Of a stretch of 64,000 nucleotides of DNA, positions 14,120 through 24,848 are shown piece by piece. A model generated the notes under the pieces. The model ran no database searches. It had not been told where the DNA came from and was given only the letters and a program-made list of their open reading frames with translations. Positions within the stretch are counted from its first letter, which is position 1. Every line of letters begins with the position of its first letter. This stretch comes from Penicillus capitatus (taxonomy: Eukaryota; Plantae; Chlorophyta): contig OZ287709.1 in the NCBI GenBank assembly GCA_965649825.1, positions 434,001-498,000 of the forward strand, read 5' to 3'. The translations under genes were made by a program, and so were the position numbers.

Positions 14120-14240
14120 CTTAAATACCCAGTCCTTGATGTGACGTGACGGCGGAAGAATTTCAAGAAGTTCCAGAGTGAGTTCTCGGTATGGTTCTAG
14201 AAAGTTCAGTGAACTTCAACATGAATTTCTCAGGAACTCA
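14120..14240 (-). promoter_or_regulatory. Candidate heat-shock-element cluster with TGACGT motif and TATA-like box
   Basis: Perfect gTTCtaGAAagTTCa at 14194-14208, several partial GAA/TTC units at 14158-14240, gtgacgtgac at 14141-14150, TATTTAA on the minus strand at 14127-14121. Confidence 0.3.
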
Positions 14241-14364
14241 CTTCTAGTCACCATGACTCATCCCCACTTAGCGCGACTCAGCGACGACGGTTACGTCGCA
14301 CAACCAAGGTCGCCAAAACACAAGTGACGGAATCCATTACATTGCAGTCTCATCGGCGGTTTAT

Positions 14365-14558
14365 CAGAAAAGCGCCATTTCTTGACAACGAGAATGAGGC
14401 TGAGACTCCGATTCTGATGGTTCCTGGACAGAAAACGTAGTTGTTACGGTTTATGTCGTTGTTTTGGCAGTTGTGCTTACTGGGCTTTGAGACATGGCGA
14501 AAATGCGTTCACCCGCTCTGTCCTTTGCTCCTCTTTGGTAAATCGCTCCTCTAGACAT
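14365..14558 (-). pseudogene. 5' remnant of a gene homologous to the 62288 ORF (26-codon exon 1, 57-nt intron, then early stop)
   Basis: MSRGAIYQRGAKDRAGERIFAMSQSP vs MSSRTPYDRASKRRAIERIRTMATGQ (11/26 identical); intron gtaagcacaa...cag 14480-14424. Confidence 0.65.
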
Positions 14559-14592
14559 GCTAAGGCGTCGATTGACAGAGATACGTAAACGT

Positions 14593-14976
14593 ACGGCAAC
14601 GCGGCAGCAGAAGACACGGCAACGCGGCAGCAGAAGACACGGCAACGCGGCAGCAGAAGACACGGCAACGCGGCAGCAGAAGACACGGCAACGCGGCAGC
14701 AGAAGACACGGCAACGCGGCAGCAGAAGACACGGCAACGCGGCAGCAGAAGACACGGCAACGCGGCAGCAGAAGACACGGCAACGCGGCAGCAGAAGACA
14801 CGGCAACGCGGCAGCAGAAGACACGGCAACGCGGCAGCAGAAGACACGGCAACGCGGCAGCAGAAGACACGGCAACGCGGCAGCAGAAGACACGGCAACG
14901 CGGCAGCAGAAGACACGGCAACGCGGCAGCAGAAGACACGGCAACGCGGCAGCAGAAGACACGGCAACGCGGCAGC
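14593..14976. repeat. Perfect 23-bp minisatellite, 16.7 copies
   Basis: Unit acggcaacgcggcagcagaagac, no variant copies seen. Confidence 0.99.
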
Positions 14977-14979
14977 GCT

Positions 14980-15170
14980 GTTCATGGGCAGCGAAACAAC
15001 AAACGTTGTTCGTTCGACACATGATCGTGACGACGGCGACCGTGGCCGTAGATGTCGAAGACAGATTCATAACAGTTAACTCTCTTTGTTTTCCCGGAGG
15101 AGTTGTCCTGTATAATAGAGCTGTAGTGTGGGAATCACATCGATGCCCAGTTCATCGCATAGTTCCGCTC
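14980..15170 (-). repeat. Dispersed repeat: one degenerate 28-mer plus a conserved ~120-nt leader, homologous (inverted) to 61987-62138
   Basis: gaagacagattcataacagttaactctctttgtttt...cgatgcccagtt matches the reverse complement of 62003-62097; 14980-15007 equals the 62-kb 28-mer with 2 mismatches. Confidence 0.9.
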
Positions 15171-15291
15171 CGTTCTCGGTATCCGACTATTACATCACAC
15201 ACAAATCATAGACGCAGTAAGCCGAACATCAAAGGCAACGAACTTGACGTCCTTGCATTCTCTGGCCGTTTTTTTGGAAAACGTGTTTGAT

Positions 15292-15707
15292 CTAACTGCA
15301 GATTTCATCCATTTTTCGGTTCTGGTTTCGCTGATCTTGCTTCCAGTGCAGCTCCACTTCCTCCATCTCGCCCGTATCGCAAACCTCCTCCGACGAGACT
15401 TCCACCGTCACTGGCGATTCTGTCGACTGCATGGCACAGTGACGCACGCACTCAGAGATGGCTTCGGAAAGGACGACATCATACTTGGAGAACCTGCGCG
15501 GCAAAGTCCGTTCGATCATTCACTTAAACAACACGCTTTTCCACATTTCTGGGACTCGCAAAGATGTCGCTGCAACGCCTGCTCCACTGACTCCGATCCC
15601 GAAGCGACCCGGAAGCGGCCCCAACAACAGCATCTCCACTGTCGTTTAACGCCGCTTCTCGGCGCGAATGGTTGCAGGTCTCGGAGAACAGTCGGAGTGC
15701 GTCTCAT
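15292..15707 (-). CDS. Small hypothetical two-exon protein with transit-peptide-like N-terminus
   Basis: ORFs 15516-15707 and 15292-15519 join in frame through a 41-nt GT-AG intron. Confidence 0.4.
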
Positions 15708-15845
15708 CTTCCGTCAAGCAGGATGTTTGCGCGTGCGTGCGTGCATGCAGGCGTCTTTTCTCTTCAAGTCACATCTTGTACGTTTGTGCTCAACGAGGCG
15801 TGTTCCATTTTTTGCCTCTTCTCCAATTCTTTAGGTTTCTAAACA

Positions 15846-16781
15846 ATGGCGTCTGTAGCGCCTGAGGAATCGTGTCCGGGTGAGGGTCATGCGAATCGCG
15901 TAGCGAAGGAATTTACGCGTCTCTATTATCACATCCTCAACGACAACCCCGAATATCTGCATCAATTCTATGGCCAGTCGAGCACCGTAACTGTATCCGA
16001 AACACAAGACGATGGATCGAATCTCACTGTCCGCGCCGACACACTGGAATTGATTAAGGGGTTGACGCTGCGCATGTTTGCGGAAGTCCGAGTCACGCTG
16101 ACGAACTGCACACCTCAGACGTCGATTGGCGGGAGTATTCAGTTGATGGTGAGTGGCGTCATGCATCAGAAGAACTGTGACGAGGAACGTCTCTTTACTC
16201 AAGCACTGCTGCTGGCGAAACAGGATCAGGGGTACTACGTTCTGAATGATACGGTGCATGTGCATTCGCGCAGTTCGAGTTGGAAAGTGCTCAACTTCAG
16301 AGAGGAGCAGGAGAAAACCGCAGAAACGCCTGTTGAAGCGTCAAAGAGTGTCATGACCTCGACAGAAGAGGCAGAAGAGAAAGAGATGGTGGAGAAGACA
16401 CCGGAAACAACAGAACCTGTCACACCTGTTCATGTGAGACGAGTGATTGCTAAACAAAAATGTGAAAGAGTGAGAAACGCTGTTTAGGATCTGGAGGAGG
16501 AAGATGTAGAAGAGGAGACGGTGGCGGTCGTGACGCCAGAAGAAGTTGCGGCGCCAGTTACCACCAGTCCTGAACAGAGCAACATTGAACCACAGAAAGC
16601 ATCGGCCACTTTGGAAGATGCAGCAGTGGGGCCTCCAACGAGTCAGAACGTTGCGCCGATTGAGAAACCTCCAACCATGCAGACTCCGCCGCCGGCAAGT
16701 GCCCCTGGACCATCGGGCCGCAAGACGTACAGAGATGCGGTGAAGACTCAGAGTCACGCACCAATGGCGCAGGCCAAGTAG
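15846..16781 (+). CDS. NTF2-domain (G3BP-like) protein, apparently without RRM
   Basis: VAKEFTRLYYHILNDNPEYLHQFYG...FTQALLLAKQDQGYYVLND; one intron; acidic/Pro-rich tail ending TYRDAV...AQAK*. Confidence 0.85.
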
Positions 16782-17013
16782 AGAGACATGAGGTCTTTGG
16801 CCTGCTTGCTATCCTGTTGCATGACTTCCTTCATGATGATGATGAAATCAAAGAGAAATAATGGAGAGATCTTTTTGGTGATCGTCGGTATTGTGCGGAC
16901 GAGAAGGCGATAAACATACGTAATAGTATTCATTAATTGTGTCTTCGCGTGCATGACCGAAGAGGGAGCGGTGTTGTTGTCGGCTTATCTACACAGATGA
17001 CGTGTACAACTCC

Positions 17014-19984
17014 TTACGACGTTGACGTCGCCCCTTCGGATTTGTGACGTTCCGAATCAGGTAGATGCGTCATCAAGGACCCCTTGAAATAAGAAGAACG
17101 CGGAAACCACTCAGCACATCGTTTTTGCCACTGATCTGCCACTTCTGGCGCGGCAAACACAGGTCCTAGCAGTATCTGATGTACTTTTTCGCAATCCATG
17201 AGCGAGGGTCTTTGTTTTTCGATCACTTCAGATTTGAGGAACGATTCTGCATGGGCTGCTTTGTGTTCAGGATCCAGGATCATAAGCATCTCGATGCCGA
17301 CGATTTTGTGGAGGATACTCGAAGCGGATTCTTGCTCCATGTAATCTTGATTGTACTGATAGACGGTGCGTCCCTGCAACAACGCATCGATGCCTTCTTT
17401 CAATACCTCCCCTGCAGGAGTGACATCTTCCACTTCTGTCTTCTCTCGCATTTCGGCCACTGCGCACAACGACAGTCTAGGAAGCAGAAGGAAGGGATAG
17501 ATGTATTGCCTGATTTGCAAAGACGGACGGTCATGGCATGAACGGTGGGATGTGCCTTTCCTGCAATGTTCATGGCTCTTTGGACACAGGAAAGGGCCAA
17601 CAGCATCCTCCCTTTCCGAAAATAGACTTCGAATCCGAGCTCCTGTGAATCGAGCTTCTCTGCGTTGTAGCTTCGCAACACTGTTACGAATTTGGTTGCC
17701 TCTTCTAACGGCATCTTGGTCGTCGCCAGTTCCACGCCATCAGGATCCGGATCTGCCTTTGCTGGCCTAAATGCGAAATCCTTTGATGGTCTTGCTTTCA
17801 AAGAACACCGATATTACGGCGGTTGGCCTTTCTTGTGTGTATTTGCTGTCTCTTTCTTCTTCATCTTTGATTTCTGACAGACATCCGTCTCCGGACTGTC
17901 AGCATTTGGTCGTTTCAGAAGATCTGGGTCGTCATGAAGAGCCAGATAGCAACGAATCGCACCGCTGGCTGCTTTCATATAGGACGATTCACTGTACAGC
18001 TTGTCTTCCATATGCAGCATATCGATGTACGCTCTCAATGTCATCTTGCGAATACAGTACCCATGAAAATCGAACTGATCTTCTCCAAAATCGTCAAAGT
18101 GTTTGCTGACAGCGACAAACTTCTTCAGTGCCTACAAGAAGAGACCCAACATCAAACAAAGGTTCCCAAGCAGGACAGGGGGTGGATGGACTTTTCCATA
18201 GTTCTGTTTTCGGTAATGCGCTTCGCCACAAGCGATCTCATACCACAGGCATTGCATTTCGACGAGATTGACGATCTGCTCTTCGTCTTTGGTGAACAGA
18301 GCTGCCAAGTCATCCGCTTCTTCGATCCTTCCCGCTCGGAAACACGCCTTGACGGCGATGCAGTTCAAATAACGATCTGCCAAATCCAATTTCCTGCCCT
18401 GATTAGCCGCAGCAAAGGCACCTGTGCAAAAGAACATGGTTTCTGATCACACATGCCTCTGGCATCACCTGGCAGATCACCAGCATGCTTCAAGATCTTG
18501 GAGTGAACGACGTGGACCTCCGAAACAGTTGGCGTATGATTCAAGGCGTGTTGAATATGTTCCAGCGCCTTCTCTGTATCTTGCATCTGATCGTAATGCT
18601 GTGCCAAGAAATGATGCACCCAGAGAACAGATTGAGGATTCGTTTTGAGATCCACATCTGCATCACCTTCCGTTTTCGTTATCGCCGAACTGTACTCCTC
18701 AAAGATGCTCTGTAAGGCCAGAGCCTTTGTATGTGTTCGATAAAGCGGTTTCAAATCCGAAAAGAGGGATGGAATGCCTTTGAGCAAGAACCCTTTGACG
18801 TAACTCCGAGCGCTCTGCACAAAAGATTCGCCTTCCAGGTAGTCCAAAGGTATTCTCTTGGATGCAAGACTGGCCGGTTGCTGCTCTGCAAATTCTCTGT
18901 AGAATTCTTCGAGCCTCTGAAGCGTCTCTGTTGAAGGCGGTGTCTCGGAATCGGATTCCATACCGAGAGATGAACGCAGTCCCTTGTGGTATTCATAGTT
19001 ATCAGGCATCACACTCAATAACCACCTTTAACAGCTCCCCTCACACTCATTCTTTCAAAATGCCTTCGGATGCCGCACCTGTACTGCGTTTGTGCTTCTT
19101 CAGTGCGTTCCAGATGGGTATAGAGCCGAGCTTCCGCTTCAGCTATTCCCAGTCGATCCTTAATCATTCCCTGCACCAATCTCAACGATGCTGATGTGAC
19201 AGGTGTGTGAGAATGTCACACTTTTGACGCATGCAGCAGCTTCAAAGCATCTTCAAATTTGCCCATTTCTTCCAGAATCTTGCATTTAAACATGAGCAGT
19301 TCACTATGTTCGTACGCTTCCTCTTTCGGAATATCTTCTAACGTACTCTCATACGCAGTCAGCACCTGCACGGCGACTTCATAGTTCTTGTTGAGATAAT
19401 GCCCAGCCGAAAAGGCAATCCAGTTGTTCCTGTTTCCAGGTCTCAACTGCAACAACCGATAACGCGTATCCAGGAATCCACTCAAATCTCTCATTTGAAT
19501 CTGCACACATGCCCATCGCATTGCCTTCATACTCATATCATCTATGAGGCCCAGCTGACCTGTAGAAGGGCAAGGTCCCTTAGGATTTGGATATTGTCTT
19601 TGTCATGCTTCAGAGCATTCGTGTAACAGGATATTGCCTTTTTGTAGTCCCGGTCGGATCGATGGAGCAACCTAAACGCGACATCGTTGTCCCTTCTCGT
19701 CGAAATGCTGAATGGCTCGACCCATAGACGTGCCAACAGACGTGGCTCTTCACGTCGGATCTCAGGCCACGTGTGACGTGCTCGTACGCTTCCGTTTTCT
19801 TGTCTAAGCAATTCAGGGTCAGTCCCTTGAGCGCATGTGTCTCTCCGTGTTCCGGGAACTTCTTGAGAATCTGATCTGCCATTTTGATGCCTTTTTTGTA
19901 TTGTTTAAGTTCATAGAATTTGACGATTTGGCGCAAGTAGTTAGCCTCCTTAGAAGGCAGTGGCTGATTGCCTTGGTGCGACAT
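17014..19984 (-). CDS. NAA15: NatA auxiliary subunit, multi-exon
   Basis: [26 protein letters not shown]...HGETHALKG; [10 protein letters not shown]; [16 protein letters not shown]; EMQCLWYE; [13 protein letters not shown]. Confidence 0.95.
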
Positions 19985-20277
19985 GGACGCGGTATCGACG
20001 AAACGCCGAGCGGAGTGGAGAAGGAAGCTAATCGAATGCCGGTGCGGGCACCGTTCATCAGCACTACAGCGATTGCAGACTCAGACGCCCGCTCCCGATC
20101 CAGCATCCAAAACAAGAAACAGCAACTCCCCACTCCTGTCCCCCCTCCCCCCACTATCGCGTTTTTGAACGATTATGGTGATGTTAACAGAGAGAGTGAC
20201 CAATGGTCTTTTCACACAAGGATCAGAGGGTACACTCTCTCTATCATAGAAAACAGCAGCAGAGAATTATGCGCATA

Positions 20278-21776
20278 TCAGAGAAAGCTGTTCTGTAGAT
20301 AGAGTTGCTTCTCATTGCGTTCCCAGTCACGTGTCTGGGTTCTTAGTTTGTTCATCAGGGACGACGGAGATTTATACGTGCGCTTCTCCATCTGTTTGGA
20401 CACACGAGTGGAGTCCATGGCATTTCTCGGGCGGAAATCGAAAATGAGGTGCATCAAGGGATTCTCGTGCAGATGGCGATGGAATCCCGAAGAGAGAATC
20501 GAACGGAGGAAGTCCATTTGGATGTGTTTCTCCAGAGTAGACAGCAACAAGAAATCTCCATACTGAAGCTTGATCTTTGTTTCACGAATCCTGCCTCCTT
20601 CTTCAATAAAACTGCAGATATGACGAAACGCGGCTTTCTGCGATTGACGGTCTTTCTTGCCTCTCTTCGCATACTTGCCTTCAGATATATCCTTCATTCG
20701 ATCACGAGTCTCGTCCATCTGGCTCATGCATGTGCCGACACTGGCTGTATCGGAGCCTTCTTCTGAAAGGTCGCCTTCCTCTTCAGATCCAAAACCAAAG
20801 GTATAGAGTAGAGCCAATGCCATTCCTGCCGCTTCCTGCAAATGACTGTCTGCAGATTCCAGCATTGTCCGCAGACATACAAGCTCAGCATCGAATCGAG
20901 AACTCGCTATCATATTTGAAGTGAAAGATGAGAGAATGAGTGACCAGCCACGCACGGCTGATGTGACAAGAATGGAATTGGAATTCTTCCACAAAGCACA
21001 GAGAGAGTCCATCACGGACTGAATCTTGAAAAAGTCTTCTTCTACCACAAAACAACCGAGCGCGTAGGCCTCGAGGGCCGATGTACGCACATCAATGCTC
21101 TTCCCGGACAAAGCTCTCGGAATCAAATCGGACTGAATGGTTTCCCACACCCTAGATCACACACATTCTCACACATTTTCTATCCCTCTCCTGCATGACC
21201 TGGATGTGCAATCTTCCAATCCAAGGGTCAAAACTAAGAGACCTGCAGAGCATATCTCAAAGAGTCCCGCCGGAGAGATTAAGGAATGCGTGATTACTGA
21301 ATCCACGGGCGGCCAGTACTGGAACATCGCCACGGCCGCGTTTCACCGAACGCGAAAATGTGAGACACAGTCCCGTTTCTCTACAGAGTGATGGATCACT
21401 CCATGCGTTATCGTCGTCGTCTCTATCCCATGTCTTACCGTGCGACGCATTCTTCTTGTAAGACATAAGAGGACAACATATGGACTAACCCTCGTAGTGC
21501 TTGTGATTTGATCGACGACCTGCCCGCCGCGTGACGCTGCCTTCAGAGAGGAGCAGCTGAGAGAACCATTACTTTTCTTCATACAATCGGTCCATGAGTT
21601 CTTCGAAGGCGTCCGTGTCTGTCGCCTCGGACACGAGACTACCACTGGAGGTCATACTCACGCAGTCGACTTCGTTTTCTGCTGCTTTTTTCCCACGCGT
21701 ATTTCTTTTTTCTGAAAGCGAACGAACATACGAACATACGGTGCGGTATGCGAGTAAGGGGCGTGCTTTTGGTCAT
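20278..21776 (-). CDS. Interferon-related developmental regulator (IFRD) family protein
   Basis: FEELMDRLYEEK, VRGWSLILS, LQEAAGMALALL, HLHENPLMHLIF, KSPSS..NKLRTQ.R; start approximate. Confidence 0.85.
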
Positions 21777-21905
21777 TGGAACGACGCGATTCAACTGGAA
21801 ATGAGGAAGCCGTCGTCGTCAGAGACTCAAGAAACATCGGTTTTGACGCGCAGACACAGTTCAACGGAGATTCGCAGAGTTTTAACGCAGATGCTAAACG
21901 TCACG

Positions 21906-24764
21906 TCACTTGGCATCTGCCGTTTGATCGTAGCTCTTCCGCTCGTCGACTTCTTCAAAACGAAAAACGCCACTCTGTACGTCGACTCCCGCCACGACGA
22001 GGCGCAGTTTGTCGCCCGGTTTGATGGGACGGTCGATGCGCATCGTGCATTCCAGTCCCAAATCATCCACCAAGACAGACGCCATACCTCCTGATTGCTT
22101 CGACCAGAAAAGCATGGTCGCGTTCCATATCGAGTCCTTTTGATGCTCCTTCAAGTAATAGGCCAACCAGTAATTCACGCAGCCGTCTGCTGCTTTGGCA
22201 CGCATTCTGGATATCTGAGTGGTCAGAACGAGAAGACTCTCGAGGTCGGTAGAAACAAGGGGCGGATTCGCATTCCGAAGATGGGCCTTTATTTGGAGAT
22301 GGGCCAAAAAATCCGAGTAACGTCGAATGGGTGATGTGACTTGCACGTAGACATCCACACCTGCACGATATGTGCTCATGGAAAATGGTCCCATCATCGG
22401 AGAGAGCGCATACCTAGACTGGCGTGGGGATCGGCTTGGGTCGAGGAAGTAGTTCCGCGTGTCATTCGGGAACGCAGCGCAGCTGCACGGCAGGGACCCA
22501 TTGGCAATTTGTTCAGTTCGGTTGGCTTGGGCAGAATGGCACGCGCTTGACTGCGGTAAGGCAGAGCCAAGGAATGCCGAACACCTGGAACACAGAAAAG
22601 AGTGATGTCATGGCATCGTATGATGTGACGGCTGGTACCAAGTTTTCCGGCGACCTCTCCTGCCAGGATCATGAACTCTTGTATCATGCTTCGGGAGCCT
22701 GAAGAGTGATCTCGTCTGGCAATCATCACCTCGGGATCTTCGTCTTCGTCGTCGTCTTCGTCGTCGTCGTCTTCTTTCATTTTGGACATATTGACCTTGA
22801 CCCTGCATTCTGGCAGATCAATTTCGACAGCCCCTTTCTTCTTTCGCCATGCTTTTCTGCACAGATGCCTCTTTCGAGATGCATAGACTTCGTTAAGCTG
22901 CGATGCACCTGAGATTGCTGATCTCCATAAGGGTGACAAGATCTTCATCCGTTTTTTCCTCGATGACGACATCGGCTTTGTCGTAGGAGTAACTAAAGGA
23001 TGGACAGATGATCGAAGGAACGACATCGTACTGCTGAATGCCGCCTTCCTGGTTCAATATGACACCGAAACTTAGTGCACAGCGCTGCGTCTGTTTTTTC
23101 AGACTGAAACATCCCTCTGCCACTTTCCAAGGAAACACAGGAACGGTGCCCGTCGGGATGTAGAGAGAAACGACGCGCCTTCGAGCTTCTGTGTCCAAAA
23201 CAGAATCGAGATCGACCCATCGCGTCGGATCTGACACGTGGATCCAGACTCTAAAAAGACACTGATAAGCGACCAATCAGAAAGGCTGATGTGTCTGTCT
23301 GACTTGCGCTGTCCGTTTGGAAGAGACTCAACGCCAATGGCATCGTCGATCTCTCTCGTTCCAAGTTCATCGATGCTGAACACTTTCAGATGTGTCAAGT
23401 CACGACGGATCTCGGCATCCCGATCCGGAATCTGTCCCGAAGCTGCCTCCTGAACCCACAGAGATGTGGGAGGTCTATGATACGCACACACGTACCTCTG
23501 CAGCGGCAACGACGTTCTCCGGGAAGTCTATCTGAATCCCAGCCCTCAGCAAGGCAATGGGCTCGTGTCTGTCCAGAACTTTGAGCGATTCCAGCAACCG
23601 AACGGCGCCGTTCGGTGTTAACGATAGACCACAGATTCTCAGCGACTCCATCGCCAACGTCCTCTTGGCCAAGGTCGGCCCTTCTGACAGGGCAAACTCC
23701 TTTAAAGCCTTAATGCGTTCTTGGTGCTCTCCTGCATGCATCATCACACATCTACGCTCTTGCTACCCTGTACTCACCTTCTGTCCAATATACCCCTTCT
23801 GGTCGCTGTTTCCGTTTCTTCTCCAGTACTTCAGAAATGGCTTTCTTGAACGCCAGTTGTGCTTCCTGCGATTCGAATCTTCTATCTTCGCTCTGTCGCA
23901 GCATTTGGACTTCGCCTGGCGACATTCTAAAGTATAGTGGCGGATTTCGACTGATCTACAAACATCCTTTCCGTGGACAACAGACATGCCATGCCAAACC
24001 ACCACCTGCCGGAAGTATCGCCTGTCCGTTTTCAGTAGCGCGTAGGTCGTGTAGAGTCCCATCGGGCTGTCATCTTTCAACAAAAGGTTTGCCATTTCTG
24101 CCAATGTCAATGGCCGACTGGTCGTATTCATCGTCTGCCATGTCACTTCCACGCATCCAGCATTTACTCCTTTGGCATTTTCCACGAAGAACGTAATATC
24201 TTTATAGGTGTAGTGTGACCCAGGCAACACAAGAGAGATGTCTTGGCCCCGGACATGATGGGTGTCACCGTCCTGCACCATTCCTTAGCAGTCGTTTTGC
24301 AAGAGACATCAACGGACACCTGTTCGCAAACGATCCATTTCTGTTGATACTGTCCCTTTATGACGCCCAGCACAAGATCACGGTGTTTTCGAAATTCGAT
24401 GAGGTTTCCAGCCGTGAGTTTCTGACCTTCGGGCATATGCCGTACGGTGTCGCGAAAAACGTTAAACTCGACGTGCGATCGATCGGTTGAACAGGAGCGT
24501 AAACATCCAGACGGCTCTCGATGCCAGACCCTCTGGCAAGAGCGCACGATGGCCAAGGAGCGCTGTCGCATTTGTAACGATGATGTGACGGCTCACACTC
24601 ATCGATGGAACAACGTGAGCAGCATACTTCACATGCGCGGCCTTTGCCGATTGTGAACGTCCGTCTGTGGCATACGTGCGGAATTGCGTTGTGCCAATGG
24701 CGTCCTCTTCTCTCTCCTTTGTTGTACCACCTCCCGAAGAGCAAAAACTAAGGACGGCGTGCAT
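21906..24764 (-). CDS. RNase II/RNB family exoribonuclease, organellar type
   Basis: SIDELGTREIDDAIG, HVSDPTRW, SLYIPTG, IQEFMILAGE, QVTSPIRRYSDFLAH. Confidence 0.9.
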
Positions 24765-24848
24765 TAACGGCGAACTGCGGTATGAGTAAAGTATAACAAC
24801 CGTTTTTCTGATGGACGTTTCTCCGACAGCGAGGCACTCAACCTATTG

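Noticed and set aside
14593-14976. CRISPR-like array (also 62111-62265 and 11270-11455)
   Set aside because: Head-to-tail repeats with no spacers, eukaryotic context and no cas genes.
14451-15070. Several repetitive ORFs in the six-frame track (SSAAALPCLLLPRC..., ATRQQKTRQRG...)
   Set aside because: They arise from a stop-free 23-bp unit that cycles through frames; no evidence of translation.
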